Origin: Candidatus Krumholzibacteriia bacterium
GTDB taxonomy: Bacteria; Krumholzibacteriota; Krumholzibacteriia; LZORAL124-64-63
Length of the DNA stretch: 28,245 nt
Assembly: GCA_046484865.1 (NCBI GenBank)
Contig: JAWOID010000067.1
Span: 1 to 28,245, forward strand
Direction of reading: 5' to 3'
Part shown: positions 16,690 through 26,195 of the stretch, piece after piece
Layout of the letters: the number at the start of each line of letters is the position of its first letter
How positions within the stretch are numbered: the stretch's first letter is position 1
Notes under the pieces: generated by a model
What the model was told of the DNA's origin: nothing
The model's input: the letters and a program-made list of their open reading frames with translations, nothing else
The model's database searches: none
Program-made: the position numbers and the translations under genes

Positions 16690-17841
16690 TCAGGCGCTCG
16701 CGCTGCGCGCGCGCTGCAACGTACCTCCTGGCCTGGAGCGCCACTTGCCGACGCCGCGACGCACCTCGTCGAGATGGCCCTCCAGTTCCCGCGCACGCCT
16801 TTCCGCCGTGTGCTGGGCGAGGACGCGGCGGCGCGCGGCGGCACCCACCTCCCGGGCGCGCTCGGGAGGCGTCTCGCGCAACCACCGCAACACCTCCCGC
16901 GGATGGTCGGCGATGATGATCTCGCGGTCCGGCTCCAGCAACGTCTCGAGCCCATCCCACCGGTCGCTGATGATGGCCACACCGCAGGCGGCCGCCTCGA
17001 AGAGACGCACGCTCGGCGACCATCCCGCGGCGATCATGCGCGCCCGCGTGATGTTCAGCGTGAACCGCTGCGCGCTGTAGAATGCCGCGTGCTCGGGCGG
17101 GGACAGGTGCTCCACCCGCGCGACGTTCGCCGGCCACGACACCGAATCGGGATACTGCGGACCGGCCACCGCGAAGCGTCCTTCGTTCCAGGCGCGCGCC
17201 GGTGACAGCAGCAGGCGTTCCAGCCCGGGCTGCCGATCGTCGCTGTAGGTGCCCAGGTAGCCGAGATCCCAGCGCTCCGGCTCCGGCAACGGCCGGTGGA
17301 TCTCCGGATCCACCGAGCAGTAGAGCGCCCGCGCCCGGGGCGAACCGTACTCCCGCTCCAGCCGCTGCAGCATCGGCCCGCCCGTGAACGAGAGATAGAG
17401 ATCGTAGCGGCCCACCAGGCGGGCCGCCAGGTACTCCTCGTCCCCGCTCTCCAGCTTGCCGAGGGTGATGGGCGTATCGAGGTCGTAGAACGCCACCACG
17501 CCCTCGGCGGTGGCCAGTGCCCACTCCCCCACCGCCACGCCGTCGGGAACGCACGAGCCCACGATCACCAGGTCGGCGCGGCGGACGGTGTCCGCGTGAG
17601 CATCGCGCAGTTCCTCGAGCGTCCCGTACAGGCAGGCGCGACACCACGGCGGCTCGGGCAGATCGCGCTGTCCGGCATACCGGGGAACGTCGCGCTCCAG
17701 GAACAGCACGTCATGACCGCGCGCGTTCAGCGCGCGGATCAGACCCCGGTAGGTGATGGCATGTCCGTTGCCCCAGGAGGAGGTGATGGAGAGACCCAGG
17801 ACGACGATGGAGAGCGGGCTGCTGCTGCTGCGTCCGCTCAC
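16690..17841 (-). CDS. CgeB-like GT-B glycosyltransferase
   Basis: LSITSSWGNGHAITYRGL, FYDLDTP, GYLGTYSDDRQ, FTLNITR and SPSVRLFEAAACG. GTG 17841 overlaps the upstream stop (GTGA), with an AAGGAGG RBS. Confidence 0.85.
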   Translation of the reverse strand: MSGRSSSSPLSIVVLGLSITSSWGNGHAITYRGLIRALNARGHDVLFLERDVPRYAGQRDLPEPPWCRACLYGTLEELRDAHADTVRRADLVIVGSCVPDGVAVGEWALATAEGVVAFYDLDTPITLGKLESGDEEYLAARLVGRYDLYLSFTGGPMLQRLEREYGSPRARALYCSVDPEIHRPLPEPERWDLGYLGTYSDDRQPGLERLLLSPARAWNEGRFAVAGPQYPDSVSWPANVARVEHLSPPEHAAFYSAQRFTLNITRARMIAAGWSPSVRLFEAAACGVAIISDRWDGLETLLEPDREIIIADHPREVLRWLRETPPERAREVGAAARRRVLAQHTAERRARELEGHLDEVRRGVGKWRSRPGGTLQRARSASA

Positions 17842-18398
17842 GATGAAACCTCCTTCATCGCCAGGGGAGCCTCGGCGGCCGTCTGCGGCAGGTTGACCTG
17901 CAGCCATTCCAGCAGCAGCCGCACCCCCTGCTCGGCGGCATCCGGGGGGGGGCCGGCCGCGGCCGGAGCACCGAGAGAACCGCCGGACGCTGCGTCCCGC
18001 GCCGTGACCGGGAGATGGAAGCGGCGGACCGCGGCCGGCCCGCCGGCTTCCCAGAGACGGTGCAGCAGCTTGGGGCTGCCATCCGCGCGCCGCAGGCCGT
18101 CGGAACGGCCGTGAGCATCGCCAAGGGCCCCCCAGAAGACCCGCTGCACCGGCTCGTCCAGGGCCGCTGCGAGTGCGGCGACCTGGGCATAATCGCGCGT
18201 GGGCGGTCCCGCGCAGGGCAGCTCGGTGAGCCAGAGATGGGGCGCGCCGTCCTCGCGACCCGTTGTCTCCTCCCAGCCTGCGGCGGGCCACGCAGCACCG
18301 ATTCTCAGGTTCACGCCGTCCAGCGCGCGATCCACTGCCGCGGCATCGCGCACGTCGCCCTCGATCAGATCCACGCGTTCGTCGAGATCGTCTGCCAT
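17838..18398 (-). pseudogene. Short chimeric ORF: fragments of NAD-dependent epimerase and a glycoside-hydrolase-like domain; probably a collapsed remnant
   Basis: Open 186-aa frame with a GAGGGG RBS and coupling to the next gene. N-terminal ERVDLIEGDVRDAAAVDRALDGV is a Rossmann fragment without GxxGxxG; the middle reads LWLTE...VQRVFW...GLRRADGSPKLL; the C-terminal GVRLLLEWL resembles an epimerase end. Confidence 0.5.
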
Positions 18399-18467
18399 GG
18401 ATCCCCTCTCGTTCTGCTGCCCCCGCCGCAGACGAGTCCTCCATTGACGAGACCCAAGCTAAGTCCC

Positions 18468-18483
18468 TGCGAGTGCCTCGCCA
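18468..18483 (-). promoter_or_regulatory. Possible sigma54 (-24/-12) promoter of the glycosyltransferase/GH15 operon
   Basis: Minus strand reads TGGCGAGGCACTCGCA (GG-N10-GC), ~70 nt upstream of ATG 18398. Confidence 0.35.
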
Positions 18484-18488
18484 TGGGG

Positions 18489-18532
18489 CGCCCCCGGAGG
18501 ACGGGACGCCCCCGGAGGACGGAACGCCCCGG
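18489..18532. repeat. 18-bp tandem repeat, ~2.4 copies (CGCCCCCGGAGGACGG(G/A)A), in the divergent promoter region
   Basis: Units start at 18489, 18507 and 18525 (partial). Confidence 0.75.
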
Positions 18533-18716
18533 CGCCGTCACGTGCAGGCGACCGGATGCCGCGCCGCCCGAGGCCGGGGGTCGGGCGCCCGTGATCCGCT
18601 GCCGGGATCGGGTTTCTCCCCGAGGGCGAAAGACCCTTCTCCTCCTAGATTGTCCGCCGAGCCGGTCGTCGAGTTCCGGATCGGCCGCGAGAAGCCGCCG
18701 TCGAGAGGACCCGATC

Positions 18717-19811
18717 ATGCCCGCTTCCCGGCTGCGCCGGCCGCAGGTGCCGCCGCCGTCGACGCCCGAGCAGGCGGCGACCGAGGTGGATCTGCGCTAC
18801 GTCGACGACGACGAGCCGGGCTACACCCGCGTGCGCTGGGGTCAGGGCTTCACCTACCGCGATTCGAGGGGCCGCACGGTCCAGGATCGGGTCCTGCGCC
18901 GCCGGTTCGATGGACTGGTCATCCCGCCGGCCTGGACCGACGTCTGGATCTGCCGAGACGAGCGGGGCCATCTCCAGGCGACCGGCCGCGATGCCCGGGG
19001 ACGCAAGCAGTACCTCTACCACCCCCGCTTCCAGGAACACCGCGCCCGCACCAAGTTCGAGGTCTTGCTGCCCTTCTCCCGGACCCTGCCGGTGATCCGC
19101 AGCCGGGTGGAAACGCACCTGCGCCGCAAGACCCTCGACCGCGACCTGGTGCTGGCGCTGGTCGTGCGGCTGCTGGACCGCACCCTGGTGCGCGTGGGCA
19201 ACCCCGAGTACGCCCGCGCCAACGACTCCTACGGCCTGACCACCCTCACGGACGACCACCTGGAGAGCGGCAACGGTCATCCGCTCGCCTTGCGCTTCCC
19301 CGGCAAGAGCGGCAAGGAGGTCATCGTTCCCATGACGAGCCCTCGGCTCGCGCGGCTGGCGAAGAGCTGCCAGGAGTTGCCGGGTCAGGCGCTTTTCGCG
19401 TACCTGGATGGGGAGGGCGTCGTGCGGCACGTGGACTCCGACGACGTGAACGCGTACCTGCGCGAGCTGGGCGGCCCGGGCGTGAGCGCCAAGATCTTCC
19501 GCACCTGGGGAGCCACGGTACAGGCGGCCCGCGATCTCGCCTGCGCCGAGCCCCCCACCTCCGGCGCGGCCGCCAGACGGCAGGTCACAGCCACGCTCAA
19601 GCGGGTGGCGGGCCGGCTCAACAACACGCTGGCGGTGTGCCGCGCCTATTACGTGCACCCGGAGGTGCCGGCAGCCTACGCCGACGGCACGTTGCACGAG
19701 GTCTTCGCGAAGCGCGCCCCCTGCGGGGCCGGTCTGCTGGCATCCGAGCAGGCCCTGGCCGACCTGCTCGCCCTGCGGGCTCGTCGCCGCCGGCTCGAGG
19801 GTACCAGCTGA
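18717..19811 (+). CDS. Bacterial (poxvirus-like) DNA topoisomerase IB
   Basis: IPPAWTDVWIC, GHLQATGRDARGRKQYLYH, RVGN..Y, SYGLTTL, FPGKSGK, AKIFRTW and LNNTLAVCRAYYVHP, consistent with an R-K-R-N-Y catalytic pentad. ATG 18717 has a GAGGA RBS. Confidence 0.93.
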   Translation: MPASRLRRPQVPPPSTPEQAATEVDLRYVDDDEPGYTRVRWGQGFTYRDSRGRTVQDRVLRRRFDGLVIPPAWTDVWICRDERGHLQATGRDARGRKQYLYHPRFQEHRARTKFEVLLPFSRTLPVIRSRVETHLRRKTLDRDLVLALVVRLLDRTLVRVGNPEYARANDSYGLTTLTDDHLESGNGHPLALRFPGKSGKEVIVPMTSPRLARLAKSCQELPGQALFAYLDGEGVVRHVDSDDVNAYLRELGGPGVSAKIFRTWGATVQAARDLACAEPPTSGAAARRQVTATLKRVAGRLNNTLAVCRAYYVHPEVPAAYADGTLHEVFAKRAPCGAGLLASEQALADLLALRARRRRLEGTS

Positions 19812-19821
19812 GGAGGCGATC

Positions 19822-20667
19822 ATGCCGCGCGCAATCTGGAAGGGATCCATCTCGTTCGGGCTGCTGAACGTTCCGGTGGGCGTCTACCCGGCGGAGCAGC
19901 GCGCCGACCTGAGCTTCCACCTCCTGGACAGCCGCAATCACGCCCGGGTGCGCTACCAGCGGGTGAACGAGGAAACCGGCGAGGAAGTCCCCTGGGACCA
20001 GATCATCAAGGGCTACGAGTATGACAGCGGCAACTACGTCCTGCTCGGGGAGGAGGACTTCGAGCGGGTGGCGGTGGAAACCACCCAGACCGTCGAGATC
20101 CAGACCTTCGTCGAGCGGGACGAGATCGATCTGACGTACTTCGACAAGCCCTACTATCTCGCCCCTGACCGCCGCGGCGAAAAAGGCTACGTACTGCTGC
20201 GCGAGACCCTGGCGAGCACCGGCAAGGTGGGCATCGCGAAGGTGGTGATCCGCACCAAGCAGTACCTGGCGGCGCTGGTGCCGCTGGGCGACGCGCTGGT
20301 GCTGGAGCTGATGCGGTTCCAGCAGGAGTTGCGCGATCCCGCCGAGTTGAAGCTGCCGTCGGGCAAGCCCGCGGACTTCAAGATCTCGCCCAAGGAGCTG
20401 CAGATGGCCAGGACGCTGGTCGAGGCCATGTCCACGGCATGGGATCCGTCCGAATACACCGACGAGTACCGCGAGCGCCTCATGGCCTACATCGACGAGA
20501 AGGCGGCCAACGAGGGCCGCGTGCCGGCGACCGAAGCCAAGGCGCCGCCTCCTCCCACCAAGGTCGTGGACATGATGGAGGTGTTGCGGCGCAGCCTCGA
20601 GGAGAAGCAGGGCGGCAAGAAGAAGGCGCCGGCGAAGAAGACCGGACGGAAGCGCGCGGCAGGCTGA
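19822..20667 (+). CDS. ku: Non-homologous end-joining DNA end-binding protein Ku
   Basis: RAIWKGSISFGLLNVPV, IIKGYEY, YFDKPYYLAP, VVDMMEVLRRSL and a Lys-rich tail; GGAGG RBS. Confidence 0.96.
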   Translation: MPRAIWKGSISFGLLNVPVGVYPAEQRADLSFHLLDSRNHARVRYQRVNEETGEEVPWDQIIKGYEYDSGNYVLLGEEDFERVAVETTQTVEIQTFVERDEIDLTYFDKPYYLAPDRRGEKGYVLLRETLASTGKVGIAKVVIRTKQYLAALVPLGDALVLELMRFQQELRDPAELKLPSGKPADFKISPKELQMARTLVEAMSTAWDPSEYTDEYRERLMAYIDEKAANEGRVPATEAKAPPPPTKVVDMMEVLRRSLEEKQGGKKKAPAKKTGRKRAAG

Positions 20668-20722
20668 CCGCCGCCGCGACGCGGGAGCAGGCCGCCTGGC
20701 GGCCGGAACCCGGAGGTGGACC

Positions 20723-23464
20723 ATGGCCCGTCGCCGGAGCGGCGATGCGGGCGACCTGACGGCGTACCGCCGGAAGCGTCGGTTCGATCGCACGCCGGAA
20801 CCGGCGGGGGACGAGTCGCGGAGCGAGGCACCTGGCGAGAAGAAAAAGGGCGCGCAAGGTCGGGACGCAGGGAATCGGAGCGCCAGGGATCGGGCCGCGG
20901 GGTCCCGTGCCAGGGCGGCGCGCGACGAAAAGGCCCCGGGCACGGCGACGGACGGCTGGTGCTACGTGATCCACAAGCACGACGCCAGCCGCCTGCACTT
21001 CGACCTGCGCCTGGAACTCGACGGCGTGCTCGTGAGCTGGGCGGTGCCGAAGGGGCCGAGTCTCGATCCGGGCGAGAAACACCTCGCGGTGCGCGTCGAG
21101 GATCACCCCCTCGAGTACGGAGAATTCGAGGGCGTGATCCCTCAGGGCGAATACGGCGGGGGCACGGTCATGCTCTGGGACCGTGGCCGCTGGGAGCCGG
21201 AGGGCGACCCGCGGCGGTCGCTGCAGAAGGGCAAGCTCACCTTCGCTCTGCACGGTGACAAGCTCGAGGGTCGCTGGACGCTGGCGCGCATGGGCGGCAA
21301 GGCGGCGGACGGGGACAAGAACTGGCTGCTCATCAAGAAACGCGACGAGCACGCCGGAGCCGGCCGCGACATTGACGCCGAGCGCCCCCGCAGCGTGCTC
21401 ACCGGGCGGACCATGGACGAGATCGCCGGAGCCGCCGACCGCGTGTGGAGCGGCGCCGCAGGCGAGCTGGAAACTCCGGCCGCAGCCGAAATTCCGGACC
21501 CTGCCAACCTGCCGCAGGCCCGTAAAGGCTCGCTGCCGAGGACCTTCCGGCCGCAGCTCGCAACCCTGGTGAAGTCGCCCCGCCGGGGCGACGACTGGCT
21601 GCACGAGATCAAGTTCGACGGCTACCGGCTGCTGGCGTTCCTCGAGCGGGGTCAGGTACGCCTGATCACCCGCAACGGCAAGGACTGGACCCACCGGTTC
21701 CCGTCGCTGGCGGAGGCGCTGGCCGAGCTTCCCGCCGACACGGCCCTGCTGGACGGCGAGGCGGCGGTCGTGGACGAACATGGCCGCACCGACTTCCAGA
21801 GCCTGCAGAACGCCTTGCGCGCCGAGGGCCGGCCCGGAGGCCAGTCGCGTCAGCTGGTCCTGTTCCTCTTCGACCTGATGCACCTGGACGGACAGGATCT
21901 CACCCGGACGCCGCTGGTCGATCGCAAGCGTATGCTCGAACGGCTGCTGGCGATCGGCCGCTCCACCGTCGGCCCCCTGCGGTACAGCGAGCACATCCGG
22001 GGCTCGGGCGAAGAGGTCCATGACAAAGCGTGCCGGTTGAACCTGGAAGGCATCGTGTCGAAGCGCGCGGACGCCGTCTACGAGCAGAAACGCAGCGCCG
22101 GCTGGGTGAAGATCAAGTGCGCTCGGCGGCAGGAACTGGTCGTGGGCGGCTGGCTCGAGTCGGACCGCCGCCAGGGGCTGCGGTCGCTGCTGCTCGGGTA
22201 CCACGACGGCGAGGGCCGGCTGGTCTTCGCGGGCAAGGTGGGCACCGGCTTCACCGAAGCGAGCCGCGCGAGTCTCGGCGAGCGTCTCGCCGGCCTGGAG
22301 CGGAAGACCTCGCCGTTCCGCGACCCGCCCCGGGAACCGGCGAAGCGGGTGCACTGGGTGCGCCCCGAGCTGGTCTGCGAGGTCGAGTTCACGGAGTGGA
22401 CCACCGACGGCCTGCTGAGGCACCCGTCCTTCAAGGGACTGCGCGAGGACAAGCCCGCGTCCGAGGTGGTGCGCGAGACCCCGGCGCCCGCCCACCCCAC
22501 CGGCCCCACCGGCTCCGGCGGCTCCGGTGGACCCGGCGGCCCGGAAAGGGGAGCCGACGTGACCACGCCACGCGCGTTGAAGACCGATGTGCGCCTCACC
22601 AGTCCCGACCGCGTCCTGTTCCCCGGCGCCGGCATCACCAAGGGCGAGCTGGCCGTCTACTACGAGGACGTCGGCGATTTGATCCTGCCGCACGTCGCGC
22701 ACCGCCCTCTGACCCTGGTGCGCTGCCCCGAGGGCCACCACAAGGAATGCTTCTACCAGAAGCACCACACGGGCACCATGCCGGATGCGGTGCACGGGGT
22801 GGACGTGCAGGAGAAGGCCAAGGAACGCGTGTACCTGACCATCGAGGACCTGCGCGGACTCCTGTCGCTGGTGCAGATGGGCGCCCTGGAGCTTCATCCG
22901 TGGGGCGCTCGCAACGACCGGCTGGATCGTCCCGACCTGATGTTCTTCGACCTGGACCCCGGACCGGACGTCGCGCTCGATCAGGTGGCCGCGGCCGCCC
23001 AGCGCATCCGCGACCGGCTGGCGGGACTGGGGCTGCGCAGCTTCGCCAAGACCTCCGGCGGCAAGGGTTACCACGTGGTGGTGCCGCTGGTGCGCCGCTC
23101 CGGCTGGGATCAGGTGAAGGGCTTCGCCAAGGCGCTGGCGGAGGAACTGACCCGGGAGAGCCCCGACGAGTTCGTCGCCGTGATGACGAAGGCCAGGCGG
23201 CGCGGCCGCGTCTTCGTCGACTACTTGCGCAACAGCCGCGGCGCCACCAGCGTGGCGGCGTTCTCCACCCGGGCCCGGGAGGGTGCGCCGGTATCGGCGC
23301 CGGTGAGCTGGGACGAGGTGGCGGCGGGCGTGGCTCCGGACGCCTTCCGGCTGGACAATCTGCGACAGCGGCTCGCCGCCCCGCGGCTGGATCCGTGGGC
23401 CGACTACTTCGAGGTGCGCCAGTCTCTCACCACCGCCATGCGACGCGAGCTGGGCGCCCCCTGA
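20723..23464 (+). CDS. ligD: NHEJ DNA ligase D (phosphoesterase-ligase-polymerase order)
   Basis: PE: VIHKHDASRLHFDLRLE, EDHPLEY. LIG: EIKFDGYR, EGIVSKR, WVKIK, RHPSFKGLREDK. POL: RCPEG, FYQKH, FDLDP, KTSGGKGYHV, DYLRN. GGAGGT RBS. Confidence 0.96.
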   Translation: MARRRSGDAGDLTAYRRKRRFDRTPEPAGDESRSEAPGEKKKGAQGRDAGNRSARDRAAGSRARAARDEKAPGTATDGWCYVIHKHDASRLHFDLRLELDGVLVSWAVPKGPSLDPGEKHLAVRVEDHPLEYGEFEGVIPQGEYGGGTVMLWDRGRWEPEGDPRRSLQKGKLTFALHGDKLEGRWTLARMGGKAADGDKNWLLIKKRDEHAGAGRDIDAERPRSVLTGRTMDEIAGAADRVWSGAAGELETPAAAEIPDPANLPQARKGSLPRTFRPQLATLVKSPRRGDDWLHEIKFDGYRLLAFLERGQVRLITRNGKDWTHRFPSLAEALAELPADTALLDGEAAVVDEHGRTDFQSLQNALRAEGRPGGQSRQLVLFLFDLMHLDGQDLTRTPLVDRKRMLERLLAIGRSTVGPLRYSEHIRGSGEEVHDKACRLNLEGIVSKRADAVYEQKRSAGWVKIKCARRQELVVGGWLESDRRQGLRSLLLGYHDGEGRLVFAGKVGTGFTEASRASLGERLAGLERKTSPFRDPPREPAKRVHWVRPELVCEVEFTEWTTDGLLRHPSFKGLREDKPASEVVRETPAPAHPTGPTGSGGSGGPGGPERGADVTTPRALKTDVRLTSPDRVLFPGAGITKGELAVYYEDVGDLILPHVAHRPLTLVRCPEGHHKECFYQKHHTGTMPDAVHGVDVQEKAKERVYLTIEDLRGLLSLVQMGALELHPWGARNDRLDRPDLMFFDLDPGPDVALDQVAAAAQRIRDRLAGLGLRSFAKTSGGKGYHVVVPLVRRSGWDQVKGFAKALAEELTRESPDEFVAVMTKARRRGRVFVDYLRNSRGATSVAAFSTRAREGAPVSAPVSWDEVAAGVAPDAFRLDNLRQRLAAPRLDPWADYFEVRQSLTTAMRRELGAP

Positions 23465-23477
23465 CGAAGGGACCGAC

Positions 23478-26195
23478 ATGACATCGATCGACGCCCGCGA
23501 CCGACCGGATCCCCAGGGGCGCCGCCTCGAGCCCTGGAGCGTCATCTACGAGAGGTTCGACCCCGAGCAGCAGGCTCTTCGAGAGGCCCTGACCACGCTG
23601 GGCAACGGCCACTTCGCCACCCGCGGCGCCGGCGAGGAGGCAGAGGCGGGCGGACCGCACTACCCCGGCACGTACCTGGCCGGCGGTTACGACCGCGCCG
23701 AGTCCAGCGTTGCCGGGCGCATCATCGAGAATGAGGACCTGGTGAACTGGCCCAACTGGCTGCCCCTCACCTTCCGGCCGGAAGGCGACGCCTGGTTCAC
23801 CCTGGAGTCGGTGCAGTTGCTCGAGTACCGGCTGGAACTGGACCTGCAGGGCGGCGTGCTGCTGCGGCGGGTGCGCTTCCGCGACGGCAGCGATCGCGAG
23901 ACGGTGCTCGTGTCGCGCCGCATCGTGTCGATGGACCTCCCCTACCTCGCCGCGCTGCAGTGGGAGCTCACGCCCGTGAACTGGTCCGGACGCCTGGAGA
24001 TCCGCTCCGCGATCGACGGACGCGTCTCCAACACCGGCGTGGCGCGGTATCGCGACCTGGAGAGCCGGCATCTGGACATCATGGAGGTGGGCAACACCGG
24101 CGAGGACGCCTGCTTCCTGGTGGCCCGCGCCCGCCAGTCGCAGCTCACCATGGCGCTCGCGGCCCGCACGCGCGTCTACCACGACGGCGCCGCGGCCACC
24201 GTGGAGAGACACGCCAGGCACGAGGAGCGGCGAGCCATCCACGTTCTGACCGTCGAGGCGGAGGCGCGCAAGCCGCTGCGCGTGGAGAAGGTGGTGGCCC
24301 TGCACACGTCCCGCGACCGTGCCATCAGCGAACCCCGCCTGGACGCGTGCAAGGCCGTCCGCCGGCTCGACCGCTTCGACGTGCTCGAAGGAGAGCACCG
24401 CCTGGTGTGGCAACAGCTGTGGAGCCGCTCCGACCTGTGCTTCGCCGACCGGACCGACGGAGCGCAGACCATCCTCCGCCTCCACATCTTCCACCTGCTG
24501 CAGACGGCGTCGCTGAACACCGTGGACCGCGACGTGGGCATTCCCGCCCGCGGTCTGCACGGCGAGGCCTACCGCGGGCACATCTTCTGGGACGAGCTGT
24601 TCGTGTTCCCCTTCCTGAACCTGCGCCTGCCGGAGCTGACCCGGTCGCTGCTCATGTACCGCTACTGGCGCCTCGACGAGGCGCGTCACGCCGCCCGCGT
24701 CGAGGGCTATGCGGGCGCCATGTATCCCTGGCAGAGCGGCAGCGACGGACGCGAGGAGAACCAGGTGCTGCACCTGAACCCGCGGTCCGGCGAGTGGGTC
24801 CCCGACAATACCCACCGGCAGCGGCACATCAACGCGGCCATCGCTTACAACGTGTGGCAGTACTACCAGTCCACCGGCGACGTGGAGTTCCTCTCGTTCC
24901 ACGGCGCGGAGATGCTGCTGGAGATCGCCCGCTTCTGGGCGAGCATCGCCAGCTACCACCCCGAGCGGCAGCGGTACGAGATCCGCGGCGTCGTGGGACC
25001 CGACGAGTTCCACACGCGCTACGCGGGCACCGACAGCCTGGGGCTCGACAACAACGCCTATACGAACGTGATGGCGTCCTGGGTGCTGGACGTCACCCTG
25101 AAGACGCTGGACCTGCTGGGCCGCGATCGGCGGGACGAGCTGGTCGAGAAGCTGGGGATCGCCGAGCAGGAACTGGTCCACTGGGAGGAGATCAGCCGGT
25201 TGCTCTACGTGCCGTTCCTCGACGGCGGCATCGTGGCCCAGTTCGAGGGATGGGAAGAGCTGGAGGAACTGGACTGGGGCGGACTGCGCCAGAAGCACGG
25301 CAACATCCAGCGGCTCGACCGCATCCTCGGCGCCGAGAACGACGACGTGAACCGCTATCGCGCCGCCAAGCAGGCGGACGTGCTGATGCTCTTCTACCTC
25401 TTCTCGGCCGAGGAGCTGGCCGAGATCTGGGAGCGCCTCGACTATCCCTGGGATTCGCAGTTGATCCAGCGCAACGTCGCCTACTACCTGGACCGCACCT
25501 CGCACGGGTCGACCCTGAGCTGGGTGGTGCACTCGCGGGTGCTCGCCCGCTCCGACCGCATCCGTTCCTGGCAACTCTTCCGCGATGCGCTGGCCAGCGA
25601 CATCGACGACATCCAGGGCGGCACCACCTCCGAGGGTGTGCACATGGGCGCCATGGCCGGCACCATCGATCTGGTGCAGCGCTGCTACGCCGGTCTCTCC
25701 ATCCGCGAGGACGCGCTGTGGTTCAACCCTCAGCTGCCCGAAGAGCTCGGAGGTCTGTCCTTCCGCGTACGGTACCGCGGATTGTGGTTGTACGTGACCG
25801 TCGATCACTCCGAGCTGACGGTGGCCTACGAGAAGGGTTGGTCCATCTCGGCGCGCATCGGCTTCCGCGACCGCGTCCACGAACTGGAGCCCGGCGGCCG
25901 GATGTGCTTCCGGCTCCACGACGGCGGCCAGCCGGATGCCGGTGAGGGCGCGGAGGAAGGCGTCGCGCGGGACGAGAACCAGGACGCGAGCCAGGACGCG
26001 AGCCAGGACGCGAGCCAGGACGCGAGCCAGGCCGGCGACGAACGCACATGCGAGGATGCCGGCGAGGCCGACAGCGAGGTCACGGATGAAGCCGGTTCGC
26101 AGGACGAGAACCGAGCGGACGACGGCGCGGAAAACGGGGATGGTACCGAAAAGTCGACGACCGGCAGATTCGAAAGCGAGGACCGGCATACATGA
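23478..26195 (+). CDS. Glycoside hydrolase family 65 (trehalose/trehalose-6-phosphate/maltose phosphorylase-like) with an acidic C-terminal tail
   Basis: LGNGHFATRG, ARGLHGEAYRGHIFWDE, GAMYPWQS, GPDEFH, NNAYTN, KQADVLML and HGSTLS. Confidence 0.92.
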   Translation: MTSIDARDRPDPQGRRLEPWSVIYERFDPEQQALREALTTLGNGHFATRGAGEEAEAGGPHYPGTYLAGGYDRAESSVAGRIIENEDLVNWPNWLPLTFRPEGDAWFTLESVQLLEYRLELDLQGGVLLRRVRFRDGSDRETVLVSRRIVSMDLPYLAALQWELTPVNWSGRLEIRSAIDGRVSNTGVARYRDLESRHLDIMEVGNTGEDACFLVARARQSQLTMALAARTRVYHDGAAATVERHARHEERRAIHVLTVEAEARKPLRVEKVVALHTSRDRAISEPRLDACKAVRRLDRFDVLEGEHRLVWQQLWSRSDLCFADRTDGAQTILRLHIFHLLQTASLNTVDRDVGIPARGLHGEAYRGHIFWDELFVFPFLNLRLPELTRSLLMYRYWRLDEARHAARVEGYAGAMYPWQSGSDGREENQVLHLNPRSGEWVPDNTHRQRHINAAIAYNVWQYYQSTGDVEFLSFHGAEMLLEIARFWASIASYHPERQRYEIRGVVGPDEFHTRYAGTDSLGLDNNAYTNVMASWVLDVTLKTLDLLGRDRRDELVEKLGIAEQELVHWEEISRLLYVPFLDGGIVAQFEGWEELEELDWGGLRQKHGNIQRLDRILGAENDDVNRYRAAKQADVLMLFYLFSAEELAEIWERLDYPWDSQLIQRNVAYYLDRTSHGSTLSWVVHSRVLARSDRIRSWQLFRDALASDIDDIQGGTTSEGVHMGAMAGTIDLVQRCYAGLSIREDALWFNPQLPEELGGLSFRVRYRGLWLYVTVDHSELTVAYEKGWSISARIGFRDRVHELEPGGRMCFRLHDGGQPDAGEGAEEGVARDENQDASQDASQDASQDASQAGDERTCEDAGEADSEVTDEAGSQDENRADDGAENGDGTEKSTTGRFESEDRHT
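25980..26031. repeat. Perfect 12-bp tandem repeat CAGGACGCGAGC x4 (QDAS) in the GH65 tail
   Basis: Read directly: four exact copies plus CAGG. Confidence 0.9.

Noticed and set aside
18717..19811. Tyrosine recombinase/integrase marking a mobile element
   Set aside because: The motifs (IPPAW, GRKQYLYH, K.FRTW, NT.AVCR.YYVHP) are specific to bacterial TopIB, and no att sites or mobility genes are seen.
1782..26189. Very long alternative-frame and antisense ORFs (e.g. 1874..4663 +, 1782..4505 -, 7851..10400 +, 8191..11157 -, 14664..16916 +, 20480..23545 -, 23427..26189 -)
   Set aside because: They overlap motif-supported genes, are Arg/Ala/Gly/Pro-rich or mirror the sense codons, and show no family motifs. 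Such shadows are expected in high-GC DNA.
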